Positions 1 to 10,186 of a stretch of DNA of 64,000 nucleotides are shown in pieces. Positions within the stretch are counted from its first letter, which is position 1. Each line of letters opens with the position of its first letter. The stretch is from a virus (taxonomy: Duplodnaviria > Caudoviricetes): IMG/VR virus record IMGVR_UViG_3300027542_000004, positions 32,655 to 96,654 of that record, one strand, 5' to 3'. The notes under the pieces are model-generated. The model made no database searches. It was given only the letters and a program-made list of their open reading frames with translations, and had not been told where the DNA came from. A program made the translations under genes and the position numbers.

Positions 1-576
1 TATCTTCATTGGGCGATAACGAAATACCCGAATGTTGAGATACGTCAGATTCAGCACTATCAGCGTGATTTCTATGACCGATACGGATTCTTTCAGGAGG
101 GTGATGGCAATCCCGATATTAAGCCTCGCAAGGTAGGCGAAGTTGAGGAGATGGTGCGTCAGGAAACCGGCATAAAATGGGCTTTCAGTGGGATGAAAGG
201 CGTAGATGGCTATATGAAACGGATGCGTCTTCTGACATTCAAGAAACGGAATGGCACATATATCACTGATAAAGGCATGGTCTATCCGCTCGCGGTCTGG
301 ACTAACAAAGAAGTTTTGAAATACATAGAGATGCGGAATCTTATCAAGCCTTTCGTTTACAATCCGAAAGATGTAAGTCAGGGCTTCGGTGTCGATTTGC
401 GCTCGCTCCTTATCCTGCGTCAACGCTTCCCACGCGATTATCAGCGAACCATACGCGAGTTCCCATTCTGCGAGAAATTGATTTTTGATTATGAAAACGG
501 CATCCTGCCACATGGTCAGGAAAAGGAGGTCGCAGAAATAATCAAGCGCATTGAAAGAGAATCAGAAGCCGAATAG
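1..576 (+). CDS. PAPS-reductase-like (PP-loop) protein, 5'-truncated by window edge
   Basis: Frame open from base 1; SGMKGVDG..R and YPLAVWTNKEVLKY motifs; adjacent to ParB-like gene. Confidence 0.6.
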   Translation, partial: YLHWAITKYPNVEIRQIQHYQRDFYDRYGFFQEGDGNPDIKPRKVGEVEEMVRQETGIKWAFSGMKGVDGYMKRMRLLTFKKRNGTYITDKGMVYPLAVWTNKEVLKYIEMRNLIKPFVYNPKDVSQGFGVDLRSLLILRQRFPRDYQRTIREFPFCEKLIFDYENGILPHGQEKEVAEIIKRIERESEAE

Positions 577-580
577 AGAA

Positions 581-1465
581 ATGAAAGAAAATAAGATTAA
601 ACAGGCTGAGCAGCGCACGGTAAAAAGAAGCGAAATCAACTTCGCTTCCTACAATCCGCGTGTCATCAGTGATGATGCAAGAAAGAAGCTCAAGAAAAAC
701 TTGCAGACTGTCGGCTTGCTTGGCGGTGTGGTCTGGAACGAGCGCACCGGCAACCTTGTATCAGGTCATCAGAAAGTCGGCATCATGGATGCGGTCAACC
801 GCTATGATGCGGAAACGGGCAATAATGATTACGAATTTCGTGTTGAGGTCGTTGACTTTGACGATAAGACGGAAAAAGAGCAGAACCTCTTTATGAACAA
901 CCGAGCCGTGCAGGGTACATACGACGATGATATGCTGCGCGAGCTTCTTCAAGGAATAGACTATACCAATGCCGGCTTCGACGATACCGATATGCAGCTC
1001 CTCGGTCTTGGCGATTTCGGCGACTATGATATGGGCGACATGTTCGGCGACGATGGCGAAGATGCCACGGATGGCGGCGATGCTGACGCGCCGGGCGAAC
1101 CCACGGAAAGCAAAGACTGGTCAAAGGGCGATGTTGTCGGCGAGCGTGAAGACCTTGCAATCCACGATGAAATGACAAAGGAAAGCGGCGAGAATCACAA
1201 GCTCGACCGCAGCGCGGATTTTTATCAGGATAGCGAGGCCAACCAGATAGCCCGCCACAACGAAGTGCAGAAAATCAAAGACCGCATCGCAAGTCAGAAC
1301 GACGTGAACAAGGACGGCGGCATGTTGTCCTATGTAGTCATCAGCTTCAAGACACCGAGCGAGAAAGTCCGCTTCATGGAAGATTACGGCTTCGACCCTA
1401 TGGCCAAGTACATCAACGGCGAAGAATTTGTAAACAAATTGGAATTTGGCGATGATGAAGATTAA
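581..1465 (+). CDS. ParB/Srx-like N-terminal domain protein
   Basis: YNPR...LKKNL..VGLLGGVVWN..TGNLVSGHQ motif; ATG at 581. Confidence 0.8.
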   Translation: MKENKIKQAEQRTVKRSEINFASYNPRVISDDARKKLKKNLQTVGLLGGVVWNERTGNLVSGHQKVGIMDAVNRYDAETGNNDYEFRVEVVDFDDKTEKEQNLFMNNRAVQGTYDDDMLRELLQGIDYTNAGFDDTDMQLLGLGDFGDYDMGDMFGDDGEDATDGGDADAPGEPTESKDWSKGDVVGEREDLAIHDEMTKESGENHKLDRSADFYQDSEANQIARHNEVQKIKDRIASQNDVNKDGGMLSYVVISFKTPSEKVRFMEDYGFDPMAKYINGEEFVNKLEFGDDED

Positions 1466-1558
1466 CGCAAAAATTTAACTTTATTCTTTAATTTAGTATT
1501 GCGCAATTAAAGAATTTTGTTTAACTTTGCATATTATACAGACACTGACAACAGAGAT

Positions 1559-2014
1559 ATGAACTACCGATTTTTAAGCAGCATAACCGACGCGGAGGTT
1601 GCGGATTTTCGCAACAGGCTCGCGGCTGAACTGGCGACACGCATGACCGGCGACGGCAAGCGTGTTATCAGTGACGAGGCCATCGGGCAGGAGGTCAACC
1701 TTAACATCTCCACGGAAGATGCGAAGAAATATCTGCAAAGCAACGACGCGGAGAATTATGACTACGCGCAGCTTGCAGACGTTATCGCGGCCAAGTACCG
1801 CACATTCAGCGATGAAGACATCATGGCCACGCGCAAGGCGATGGTCGATAAATTCATGGCTCTTGCCGATGAGTATGGCTGGGATAAAGAACAGGCACGA
1901 CGCGATGCCAAAAAGGAGTTTTACGACAACCTTTCTGACGGAACTATCCTTGAACTTCTGCGCAATGGCGAGTCGATTGAGGATTATGTCGAATATGTAA
2001 GTATTTACGACTGA
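1559..2014 (+). CDS. Hypothetical protein
   Basis: ORF; ATG 1559 downstream of a TAACTTTG promoter element. Confidence 0.7.
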   Translation: MNYRFLSSITDAEVADFRNRLAAELATRMTGDGKRVISDEAIGQEVNLNISTEDAKKYLQSNDAENYDYAQLADVIAAKYRTFSDEDIMATRKAMVDKFMALADEYGWDKEQARRDAKKEFYDNLSDGTILELLRNGESIEDYVEYVSIYD

Positions 2015-2020
2015 TAGCGA

Positions 2021-2716
2021 GTTAAAAAGCCACGTAAGACAGATTATAACGCGAGAGTCACAAAGGCACTCAAGGGAAAGGGCGTACCTCACCTTGAAGA
2101 GCCGATGTACCGCGTATCCGCGTCGGCTTTTACAAAGGCTATAAGACGCGGCAAGGCATCGCAAGGCAGGAACGGCTGGATGGTTGACCTGCATAGCAAA
2201 AGCGAATACAAGCGGATGCGATGCTTTCTTACTCCGGACGGAAAGACAGGTGTAGCGATAAAACGCGATGGGGATGTAGTGTCTGTATTCTCCACCAGCG
2301 GAAAACGAGGCGCAATGGCAAAAATCATACCGTTTGCGGTCGCTAATGGTGGTCGCAAACTGGATTGTTATGCTTTCTCGGATGGCCGCAGTTCACTTCA
2401 CAACATGTACGGAAGATTCGGCGCAAAGGCTCACGGCAAAATGACCTTTGACCCGCAATATAATCCTGTTTTCCAACGCACGGCGCAGGCCAATCCCGGT
2501 ATGCGCAGACCCTCTCATGTCGTGGCGATGACGCTGCCGGGCAGTCTTGCCGGTGTCATGCGGGCTTACAACGCTGACAGGAAGATTGACCTTGGGCGCG
2601 TGAGGTCGTATAATGATTACGACAAGATGATGGATGACTTTCCGCGCATCTTGCACTACGCGGAAAGTCAAGCGGTGTCAGAGGCGCACTTGGCGGCGGT
2701 AAATAACCAACCCTAA
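2021..2716 (+). CDS. Hypothetical protein, GNAT-like fold resemblance; proposed GTT start (first ATG 2105)
   Basis: DGDVVSVF..AVANGGRKLDCY..L..MY..FG pattern; frame open back to TAG at 2015-2017. Confidence 0.55.
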   Translation, partial: VKKPRKTDYNARVTKALKGKGVPHLEEPMYRVSASAFTKAIRRGKASQGRNGWMVDLHSKSEYKRMRCFLTPDGKTGVAIKRDGDVVSVFSTSGKRGAMAKIIPFAVANGGRKLDCYAFSDGRSSLHNMYGRFGAKAHGKMTFDPQYNPVFQRTAQANPGMRRPSHVVAMTLPGSLAGVMRAYNADRKIDLGRVRSYNDYDKMMDDFPRILHYAESQAVSEAHLAAVNNQP

Positions 2717-2728
2717 CACTACAAGAAT

Positions 2729-3322
2729 ATGGCAAAGATTGAAGAAATCATCCCGTTCATCCTTTACTTTGAAGCCGGCGTAAACAAACGCTATCTTTCA
2801 CTTCCTCCCGAACAGATATTTGAGCAGGCGAAAAAGACGGGCTTCGCAAATGACCCCGACGATGCCGGCGGCGCGACCATGTGCGGTATCACGATAGCGA
2901 CCTACAAGGCGTACTGCAAGCGGAAAGGCTATCCCGTACCTACGGTGTTCAGCCTGCGTAACATCACATACAAGCGTTGGCGCGACGTACTCAAGACGCT
3001 TTTCTGGGACAGATGGAAAGCCGATGAAATCAAAAGCCAAGCCCTTGCGAACAACCTCGTCGATTGGGTGTGGGCAAGCGGCGTGAACGGCATCAAGATA
3101 CCGCAGAGGCTTCTCGGCGTGACACAGGACGGAATTGTCGGCCCAAAGACGATAGCCGCAGTCAACGCAGCCAACGAAGCGGAACTATTCACGAAGATTT
3201 ACGAAGCCCGCATCAATTTCGTGGATGGCATCGTGCGCAGAAAGCCGAGCCAGAAGAAATTCATCAAGGGCTGGAAACGACGTATCAACGCAATCACCCT
3301 ATCCGGGCTGAAATTCACATGA
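2729..3322 (+). CDS. Endolysin, glycoside hydrolase family 108 with peptidoglycan-binding domain
   Basis: FEAG...NDPDDAGGATMCGIT, DGIVGPKT, KFIKGWKRR. Confidence 0.9.
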   Translation: MAKIEEIIPFILYFEAGVNKRYLSLPPEQIFEQAKKTGFANDPDDAGGATMCGITIATYKAYCKRKGYPVPTVFSLRNITYKRWRDVLKTLFWDRWKADEIKSQALANNLVDWVWASGVNGIKIPQRLLGVTQDGIVGPKTIAAVNAANEAELFTKIYEARINFVDGIVRRKPSQKKFIKGWKRRINAITLSGLKFT

Positions 3323-3597
3323 TGACTTTACGCAAGAAATCCATAGATGACATTTACCGACAAGCTCAGTCAATCAAGGTTGAGCTTGCTGGTGGATGTC
3401 ATTCCAACTGGGTATCATTGATTGATAAAATCTTATATCGCTATATTGACAATATTAAAAAATCAGCGGCATACCTACATTGCAAAATAGCCAACCATAG
3501 CAGAGAATTAAACTTCAGCGCAGCCGACTTTATCAGGATTAGGAATATTGCTAATAGCCTACAAGTTTATTCCCCGGTTTACATGGGTCTGATATAA
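3319..3597 (+). CDS. Hypothetical protein
   Basis: ATGA overlap with endolysin stop. Confidence 0.6.
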   Translation: MMTLRKKSIDDIYRQAQSIKVELAGGCHSNWVSLIDKILYRYIDNIKKSAAYLHCKIANHSRELNFSAADFIRIRNIANSLQVYSPVYMGLI

Positions 3598-3609
3598 TCC
3601 AATACGACG

Positions 3610-4281
3610 ATGCCGAAGAAGCGAATTAGTAGCAAAACACCGCGCAAGCCCAAAGCCACACCCTCGTTTGATTACGAGAGTGAGGAATTTTTGTCGCAGG
3701 TCGATGCGCTTGCTTTTGAGGGCTTTTACAATACGGAAATTGCTGACGAACTGAACATTAGCCGATACGAGTTGGAAATGGCGATTTCACAATGCGAAAA
3801 ATTGCGCAACACGATAGCGTCTGCACGCGAGCGTGCGCGTGCGCGAGGCGCAGAAATGCCATCCCCGGCAATGTTTGCAAAAGTCTGGGCGAAGTGCAAG
3901 GGAAAGCGCACTCAGCTGATGAAAGAATTTGGAATCGGCTGGACGAAGCTGCAATCGTGGTTAGCGCAAGAGCCTATTTTCGTCGATATTATGGCGGAAC
4001 GCGACCTTGAATTTCTGGAACAGATAGACACCGCCAGTCGCATACTTGCGTTGGGCGGCGTAAAAGGAAAGGATGAATTTAAGGGCTGGAGTCGCTACCC
4101 TGACAGTTGGATGATACGCTACCATCTGAATACGCTTGGAAGACGCTACGGCTATGGCGAGAATCCCATACAGCCGGAAGTCGCCGATGACACTATTCCA
4201 AAGGATATTGAACAGGGTATCGACATTGATAGCTGGATTCGTCAAGAAGTGGAACAAAAGAAACGGGATAAAGAAGAATGA
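3610..4281 (+). CDS. Putative terminase small subunit (HTH)
   Basis: HTH-like EIADELNIS; directly upstream of and overlapping the large terminase. Confidence 0.65.
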   Translation: MPKKRISSKTPRKPKATPSFDYESEEFLSQVDALAFEGFYNTEIADELNISRYELEMAISQCEKLRNTIASARERARARGAEMPSPAMFAKVWAKCKGKRTQLMKEFGIGWTKLQSWLAQEPIFVDIMAERDLEFLEQIDTASRILALGGVKGKDEFKGWSRYPDSWMIRYHLNTLGRRYGYGENPIQPEVADDTIPKDIEQGIDIDSWIRQEVEQKKRDKEE

Positions 4282-5576
4282 TTATCAACCATGAGATATA
4301 TTACCCCCTTTATACTGACAAGGAACATTTCATCATCCTTGTCACGGGCGGTCGTGGCTCCGGTAAATCATTCGGAATCGGCGGTTTCTTGGAACGCCTA
4401 TCATTTGAACTGAAACGCAAAGGTCTATCAAAAGCGGAATCGGACAAGATTGTGCATAAAATCCTCTATACGCGCTACACTATGACCAGTGCGAACATTT
4501 CCATTATACCTGAATTTTTGGAAAAGATAGAGCTTGACGGCACGACCCGGTACTTCCATACGACCAAAACCGACATCATAAACAAGATGACCGGTAGCCG
4601 TATTATGTTCCGTGGCATCAAAACATCATCCGGCAATCAGACCGCAAAGCTGAAATCCATCCACGGCATCACAACCTTTGTGTGCGACGAGGCCGAGGAG
4701 TGGACTTCCGATAGGGAATTTGAAACAATCGCCTTTTCAATCCGTCAGGTTGGAATCCAGAACAGGATTATCATCATTATGAACCCTACGGATAGCAACC
4801 ACTTCATCTATCAGAAATACATCAAGGACACGCACAGGATAGAATACTTTGACGGAGTGCCGGTGCAGATTTCCACACATCCGCAAGTGCTTCATATCCA
4901 TACGACGTATCTTGACAACAAGGAAAATCTTTCGGAAGAATTTATCAGGTCAGCCCAAGAAATGAAAGAGCGCGACCCGGAACGCTACGGCCACATCTTC
5001 ATGGGTAGATGGGCAGACGTAGCCGAGGGTGCGGTCTTCAAGAAATGGGGTATCGTCAGCGAGTTTCCAAAGAACTGCAAGCATGTGGCTCGCGGTCTGG
5101 ACTTCGGATATTCCAACGATGTCAGCGCATGTGTAAAATGCGGCGTAGTAGGTAATGACCTATACATCGACGAGCAGATTTTTGAAACCGGACTACTTTC
5201 CAAAGACCTCATAAGGAAATTAAGCGAGGATGACTCGTTTGTCTTCGCCGACAGTGCCGACCCGCGACTGATTGATGAAATCGGGCTGGGTGGTGTAATC
5301 ATCTACCCTGTGGCGAAGCCAGCCGGAAGCATCATTGCCGGTATTGAAAAGATGAAATCCTTTGACAACATCTTTGTCACGAAGCGGTCATTGAACGTGC
5401 AGGAAGAATTGCGCAACTATGTGTGGGCAAAAGACAAGGATGGCAACTACATCAACATGCCGGAAGATGCCAACAACCACTCCATCGACGCGACCCGGTA
5501 TTACGTGCTTGGCTGCATCCTCGGCAAGATTCTCAAGCCGAAGAAAGTCAAGAAATCAGATTTAGGAATATTCTAA
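4278..5576 (+). CDS. terL: Terminase large subunit (PBSX family)
   Basis: Walker A GGRGSGKS, Walker B CDEAEE, nuclease GLDFG and NHSIDATRY. Confidence 0.95.
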   Translation: MIINHEIYYPLYTDKEHFIILVTGGRGSGKSFGIGGFLERLSFELKRKGLSKAESDKIVHKILYTRYTMTSANISIIPEFLEKIELDGTTRYFHTTKTDIINKMTGSRIMFRGIKTSSGNQTAKLKSIHGITTFVCDEAEEWTSDREFETIAFSIRQVGIQNRIIIIMNPTDSNHFIYQKYIKDTHRIEYFDGVPVQISTHPQVLHIHTTYLDNKENLSEEFIRSAQEMKERDPERYGHIFMGRWADVAEGAVFKKWGIVSEFPKNCKHVARGLDFGYSNDVSACVKCGVVGNDLYIDEQIFETGLLSKDLIRKLSEDDSFVFADSADPRLIDEIGLGGVIIYPVAKPAGSIIAGIEKMKSFDNIFVTKRSLNVQEELRNYVWAKDKDGNYINMPEDANNHSIDATRYYVLGCILGKILKPKKVKKSDLGIF

Positions 5577-5587
5577 CAACGCCAGAT

Positions 5588-7045
5588 ATGAATAACTACT
5601 TACAGCAAATCTTAACCTATTTCCGCAACCTCACGCTAAATGCGTCCGGGGTTAGCCGCGACCTGTATCAGCTTTTGCAGGATAAGGACATCAGCCGCGC
5701 ATTGGATATGCTCCAGAACCGCGATGATGAAGTTGACCAAGCAATCAAGGAGTATAATCCGCAGACGCATGACGTGATGAAACGCCCCAACAAATTCCGT
5801 AAAGGCGATGACCCCTATATCACGGAAAAGTTGCCACGCACACGCGCCCGCTACATCAACGACATCGAGCTATTCTTCTTGCTCGGCAATCCTATTGAAT
5901 GGAAGAAAGAAGAGGGCGACGATGAAGCCTTTTCGCTATTCACAGATTTTCTGGAAGAGCAGCACTTCAATTCACGCATCCGTCAGGCGAAACGACTTGC
6001 CGGCGCGGAAACCGAGTCAGCCCTTATCGCGCACATCTACCGCGATGATGATACAGGCGAGCGTCGCGTCAAGCTGAATGTATTGGCGCGTTCCAAAGGC
6101 TATCGCCTGCGCCCACTGTTCGACACCATCGGCAACATGACCGCCTTTGCATACGGATACGTGACGAAAGAACATGGCCGCAGTATTCAGCACTGGGATT
6201 TCCAAACACCCAAAATCCTTGCTTACTGCCGTAAGGCGCAAATCGGATGGGAAATCGAAATCTATCCCAATCCCACCGGCAAGATAAACGTCATCTACTT
6301 TCAGCAGCCAAAGGCATGGGATGGCGCGGAAGCCCGCATCAACCGCGAGGAGATGCTTGACAGTAAGACCGGCGACACCAACAATTACTTTTCCGACCCC
6401 ATCGCCGCCGCCACTGCCGACGTCATTCAGACCATGACCGACCCCAACAAGCCCGGAAAGCTCATTCAGCTTACAGGCGAAAAGTCAAGGTTTGAGTACG
6501 TCAACCCACCGCAGGCATCGCAGACACGCGACGCGGAAAAATCCGACCTTTCAAAGAGCATCCTTTTTGATACCTACACCCCGGATTTTGACACCGAGGC
6601 CATGCGTGGCTTCGGCACGCTTTCCGGTGTGGCAATCCGCAACGCTTTCATTCTTGGCTACATCAAGCGCGACAACCGCAAAGAAATCTACGATGAACTT
6701 GTGGGCCGTTTCCGCAATATCGTTATCGCCATACTTGCATACGAGCATCCCGATAAGAGAAAAGCTCTGGAGTCACTCAAAATCAAATTTGAATTTGCGG
6801 AACCATTCGCCGATGACAAGCAGGCGAAGTGGCAGTCCATCGCAAGCCTGTATCAAGCCGGTCTGATTTCGTTGGAAACCGCCGTGACCATGTTGTCGCT
6901 GACCGATGCACCAGAAGAAGAAATCGCTCGCCTCCTCGCGGCTTCCGCACAGAAGCAACAGCAGGGTCAGCAGCCTTCCGCAAACAAAGAAGACAATCCG
7001 GCACAACCCCCTGTAAATATTCCGCGAGAACCTATATCAGCATAA
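5588..7045 (+). CDS. Portal protein (SPP1-like)
   Basis: Follows terL; size and LSGVAIR motif; ATG at 5588. Confidence 0.88.
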   Translation: MNNYLQQILTYFRNLTLNASGVSRDLYQLLQDKDISRALDMLQNRDDEVDQAIKEYNPQTHDVMKRPNKFRKGDDPYITEKLPRTRARYINDIELFFLLGNPIEWKKEEGDDEAFSLFTDFLEEQHFNSRIRQAKRLAGAETESALIAHIYRDDDTGERRVKLNVLARSKGYRLRPLFDTIGNMTAFAYGYVTKEHGRSIQHWDFQTPKILAYCRKAQIGWEIEIYPNPTGKINVIYFQQPKAWDGAEARINREEMLDSKTGDTNNYFSDPIAAATADVIQTMTDPNKPGKLIQLTGEKSRFEYVNPPQASQTRDAEKSDLSKSILFDTYTPDFDTEAMRGFGTLSGVAIRNAFILGYIKRDNRKEIYDELVGRFRNIVIAILAYEHPDKRKALESLKIKFEFAEPFADDKQAKWQSIASLYQAGLISLETAVTMLSLTDAPEEEIARLLAASAQKQQQGQQPSANKEDNPAQPPVNIPREPISA

Positions 7046-7200
7046 TATCTGCCATTGTTGTCATATCTGGATGCGTCACGTCTGAGTTAAAGGCGTGGCG
7101 CATTGTTTTACGCTATCAGCGCAAAATCAGCGCGTTAAAGCAAACACTTTTATTAACAATAGTTAAAAGTAAGTATTTACTTTAATATTTTCGCTAAAAT

Positions 7201-7249
7201 ATTTGGTGGATAAAAGTAAAAGCATTAACTTTGCATCGTAATCAATAAC
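7201..7249 (+). promoter_or_regulatory. Bacteroidetes promoter plus leader; 49-bp perfect copy at 46157-46205
   Basis: ATTTG(-33)...TAACTTTG(-7)...CGTAATCAATAAC identical in both places. Confidence 0.85.
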
Positions 7250-7271
7250 AAACCCCAATAAGTAAGAAGTT

Positions 7272-7535
7272 ATGAAACTTAAAGACAATGGCCAAATCGC
7301 AATCGACTCGGCAGACATACTGAAACAGAATCGCTATCGTTTTGAAATCGATACAGAAGACATCGTGATGGGCTTCGCTAAAACGATGAAAACGACAACG
7401 CGCAACGTTCAAAAAGCAATCAACATGATTAAAAAGGTGTGCAACGACTGCGGCACTTTCATCTCGCCCAGTGTGCGCATTGTAAGCGTCAGAATGTATC
7501 AGAACAACGAACTCGTTAAATCCCTTAACGCTTAA
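7272..7535 (+). CDS. Hypothetical protein
   Basis: First ORF after promoter. Confidence 0.7.
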   Translation: MKLKDNGQIAIDSADILKQNRYRFEIDTEDIVMGFAKTMKTTTRNVQKAINMIKKVCNDCGTFISPSVRIVSVRMYQNNELVKSLNA

Positions 7536-7540
7536 TCAGT

Positions 7541-7765
7541 ATGGCAAGAAAACACGACTACATGCTATTAGGTCGCCTTTTGTGCGACTGCAAGTATTAT
7601 CTTGGCAACGGCAATCGTAAGGCCAAACATCTATGGGCTGGCGACGAGCAAGAGCAGATAGATAAGATGCGCGAGCTATGGGATGCAATGCCGGCAGACG
7701 GCAAACCAGAATGGCTCACAAGAGAACAGATTGACAACTACGCCAAACAGATGGGCGTTAAATGA
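7541..7765 (+). CDS. LPD11-like (large polyvalent protein domain 11) protein
   Basis: YMLLGRL..DC.YYLG.G......LWAG....QI..M..LW......KPEWLT.EQI. Confidence 0.75.
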   Translation: MARKHDYMLLGRLLCDCKYYLGNGNRKAKHLWAGDEQEQIDKMRELWDAMPADGKPEWLTREQIDNYAKQMGVK

Positions 7766-7766
7766 T

Positions 7767-8045
7767 ATGGCTATGGCAAAAGCAAAATACAACCTCGTTA
7801 CAACGACAAGAACAACCGCCGGCGCGGAGTCGCAGTACGTCAACCCGCTTGGCTCGGTTGAAACCGACGGAATGGAAGATGTTATCCTTGCATGGTGCAT
7901 CATCGACTATTCAAATGCCCTTATGAAGAAGCTCAGGAGTGAGGGCTACAAGGTCGCCAATGTTGAAGACTATCAAGATTTTCAATGGCGCAAAATTACC
8001 CTGTCTGACGGCACGACAATGACCATAACCACTCAAGCAGCGTAA
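7767..8045 (+). CDS. Hypothetical protein
   Basis: Tightly packed operon ORF. Confidence 0.65.
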   Translation: MAMAKAKYNLVTTTRTTAGAESQYVNPLGSVETDGMEDVILAWCIIDYSNALMKKLRSEGYKVANVEDYQDFQWRKITLSDGTTMTITTQAA

Positions 8046-8046
8046 T

Positions 8047-8280
8047 ATGTTAGCCACGGATAAGCAAATCAACTATCTGCAACAGTTAGCGGATAAGGTA
8101 GAGCGGATGCACAAGGCGCACCCCGGCGCGGTCAAGTGCAAAACCCCATACATCGACTGGCATACGGAACGACACAAGGGCGTGACAACACTGGATGCCT
8201 CAATCAGAATCAAGGCATACAAAACCATAATTCGGGAAACCAATTTTGCTTTCATGCTTCTTGGTTTCGCCCAGATGTAA
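8047..8280 (+). CDS. Hypothetical protein
   Basis: Operon ORF, ATDKQINY motif. Confidence 0.65.
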   Translation: MLATDKQINYLQQLADKVERMHKAHPGAVKCKTPYIDWHTERHKGVTTLDASIRIKAYKTIIRETNFAFMLLGFAQM

Positions 8281-8299
8281 CCCCAAAGAACAACGAACA

Positions 8300-8560
8300 A
8301 TGGCAACACTTATAAAGGCAGACGGAACGCAGACCGTCGTACACCCGCAAGCCGGCATCGGCAAAAAGTTTACCCTCAAAGAAATGCAGACCTTTGTTGA
8401 TGGCTACGTGCAATACATCTACCTTGAAAGCGGAAAGATAGCCGTGGTCAATGAAGAGGGGCGCATCATAGGGCTTAAACCTAACGCCCGCGCAAGCCTT
8501 GTAACCGGCTACAATCTTGTTGGCGATGTCTTAATTTGCGATAATGGCGAATTAGATTAG
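8300..8560 (+). CDS. DUF3846-like phage protein
   Basis: FTLKEMQ.FV.GY...VNEEG...L..N..A......LVGDVL. Confidence 0.7.
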   Translation: MATLIKADGTQTVVHPQAGIGKKFTLKEMQTFVDGYVQYIYLESGKIAVVNEEGRIIGLKPNARASLVTGYNLVGDVLICDNGELD

Positions 8561-8617
8561 GTCAAGAGCAAGAAAATCACTAATTTTGCAGTACAACTAA
8601 ACGAGAAAAGTACAATC

Positions 8618-8935
8618 ATGGTAACAATCAAGATAGAATTTGAATACGAGGGCAAGCAGCACAACCTCAAGGCGATGCTTAACAACGACCTGTCAAAGTT
8701 AAGTAAAAGTAAAAATAACAACGCCACGGAAATTGTTGATGACTTCGGCGATGATGGGCGGTGGTCTTTGTATTTTGCCGATTTCGATGATGAGCACGAT
8801 GTCGAAGTGATGATGTATCGTGATGCTGATGGCGATAAACAGCTTGAGGCTGATTATGCAATTATTTGGAACAAAGGCAATAATGGTGTCATAGAAGATG
8901 AGATTGATGTAAAATCCAGCGTTAAACACACCTAA
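8618..8935 (+). CDS. Hypothetical acidic protein
   Basis: ORF after TAATTTTG at 8581. Confidence 0.65.
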   Translation: MVTIKIEFEYEGKQHNLKAMLNNDLSKLSKSKNNNATEIVDDFGDDGRWSLYFADFDDEHDVEVMMYRDADGDKQLEADYAIIWNKGNNGVIEDEIDVKSSVKHT

Positions 8936-8943
8936 AGCATATC

Positions 8944-9222
8944 ATGGAATCCGATAATTATTACGAGGTGTTTACCAATGTCAATCATGCTGCAAGTAAG
9001 CTCTATGTGGTTGAAATGGCTTTTTCGCTTGAAGAAGCACACGAAACGCTTAAAGGCATGAAATCAAGGGTATGCGGAAAGCGACCTCGCAAATTCAAAG
9101 GTACATACGCCGATGATGAAGATGCGCCACTCGTTAACTTTGAAATTGTGCGCGTTATTGATGGCTGCGCCGAAGAAGATGCCACGTATCAGACAGATTG
9201 GTATCACGCATTACGAAAATAG
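8944..9222 (+). CDS. Hypothetical protein
   Basis: Operon ORF. Confidence 0.65.
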   Translation: MESDNYYEVFTNVNHAASKLYVVEMAFSLEEAHETLKGMKSRVCGKRPRKFKGTYADDEDAPLVNFEIVRVIDGCAEEDATYQTDWYHALRK

Positions 9223-9281
9223 AATTACTTGATGAAACAAAGATATTGATTACAAGCGTCTTCATACGCACTTATTGGGTA

Positions 9282-9311
9282 GCCTCGGCACTGCGCCGGG
9301 GCTTTTCTTTT
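9282..9311 (+). terminator. Intrinsic terminator
   Basis: GCCTCGGC-loop-GCCGGGGC followed by T-rich run. Confidence 0.75.
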
Positions 9312-9371
9312 GCACTGGCGTTCCGCGATTAAATTTGATGCTTATTTTTCTTGAAAAAAGTTGCTGAAAAA

Positions 9372-9403
9372 TTTGCACAATTAAAGTATTTACTTTAACT
9401 TTG
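9372..9403 (+). promoter_or_regulatory. Bacteroidetes promoter
   Basis: TTTG ... TAACTTTG, followed by GTAATCAATAAC leader. Confidence 0.75.
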
Positions 9404-9438
9404 CAGTGTAATCAATAACACCAATATAAGTGAACAGT

Positions 9439-9702
9439 ATGGATACGACTAAAGAACTGAACGCAAGACTTGAGATAGTAAACCTCAAGGGATACAGATT
9501 CAACACGCCCAAAGGCATCTGTACGATGCGCGGCTTCGCCTTTTTCATCAAGGGCAAGGGCTTTGTAAGATTCAAACATGACCTCCCCGGCGTACCTTAT
9601 GCGCCATGTGGCGGCAGAAAGGCGTTACTTTCAATCCTGAACAGTGGCGGCTTCGTGAACTATGACGGCTTAGAATTTACCAACCCTATCAGCGAAAACT
9701 AA
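9439..9702 (+). CDS. Hypothetical protein
   Basis: First ORF after promoter. Confidence 0.65.
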   Translation: MDTTKELNARLEIVNLKGYRFNTPKGICTMRGFAFFIKGKGFVRFKHDLPGVPYAPCGGRKALLSILNSGGFVNYDGLEFTNPISEN

Positions 9703-9708
9703 ACGACC

Positions 9709-9921
9709 ATGACAACAGAACAGCGCAAAGCGATAGCTGCGGAAGCAAAGATACCATTCTGCAACGTGGCAGCTTTCAGAAATCCCGACAATGCAAAGAG
9801 TTATCTTCGGCACACGGTCAAGATGAACATGATGATGCGCGTCAAGGGCGAATACTGGATAGTGTCGCCTGCGGAAGCTGAACGCCTCAATAAACTTGGT
9901 TACGAATACGCTAAATTTTAA
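9709..9921 (+). CDS. Hypothetical protein
   Basis: Operon ORF. Confidence 0.65.
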   Translation: MTTEQRKAIAAEAKIPFCNVAAFRNPDNAKSYLRHTVKMNMMMRVKGEYWIVSPAEAERLNKLGYEYAKF

Positions 9922-9926
9922 TCGCC

Positions 9927-10175
9927 ATGACAGCAAAGCAATCCCTTAAAAATTACATAGCCTATCTTATCGGCAAGGGTCAGAGCATCGGCTTACTTGA
10001 AGCAGTCAAGACAGACGTACCACGCGCCGACGGCATCGCCGGCACACGCGAATTTGAAATCACGGAACTTTACCGCGATGGTCGCGGTGTTTGCCACATC
10101 AGCGACGGCATCAATCGCCGCAGTGTTCACGAACTTACGGAAAGCCAGTGCAAGCATATTCTTGTTAACCTTTAA
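9927..10175 (+). CDS. Hypothetical protein
   Basis: Operon ORF. Confidence 0.6.
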   Translation: MTAKQSLKNYIAYLIGKGQSIGLLEAVKTDVPRADGIAGTREFEITELYRDGRGVCHISDGINRRSVHELTESQCKHILVNL

Positions 10176-10186
10176 TCAGCAGCATC

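Noticed and set aside
7081-7165. Fourth TCTGAGTTAAA motif, matching the capsid start context
   Set aside because: Opens only a ~27-codon frame with no protein-like character in an intergenic region; not counted as a GTT-start gene
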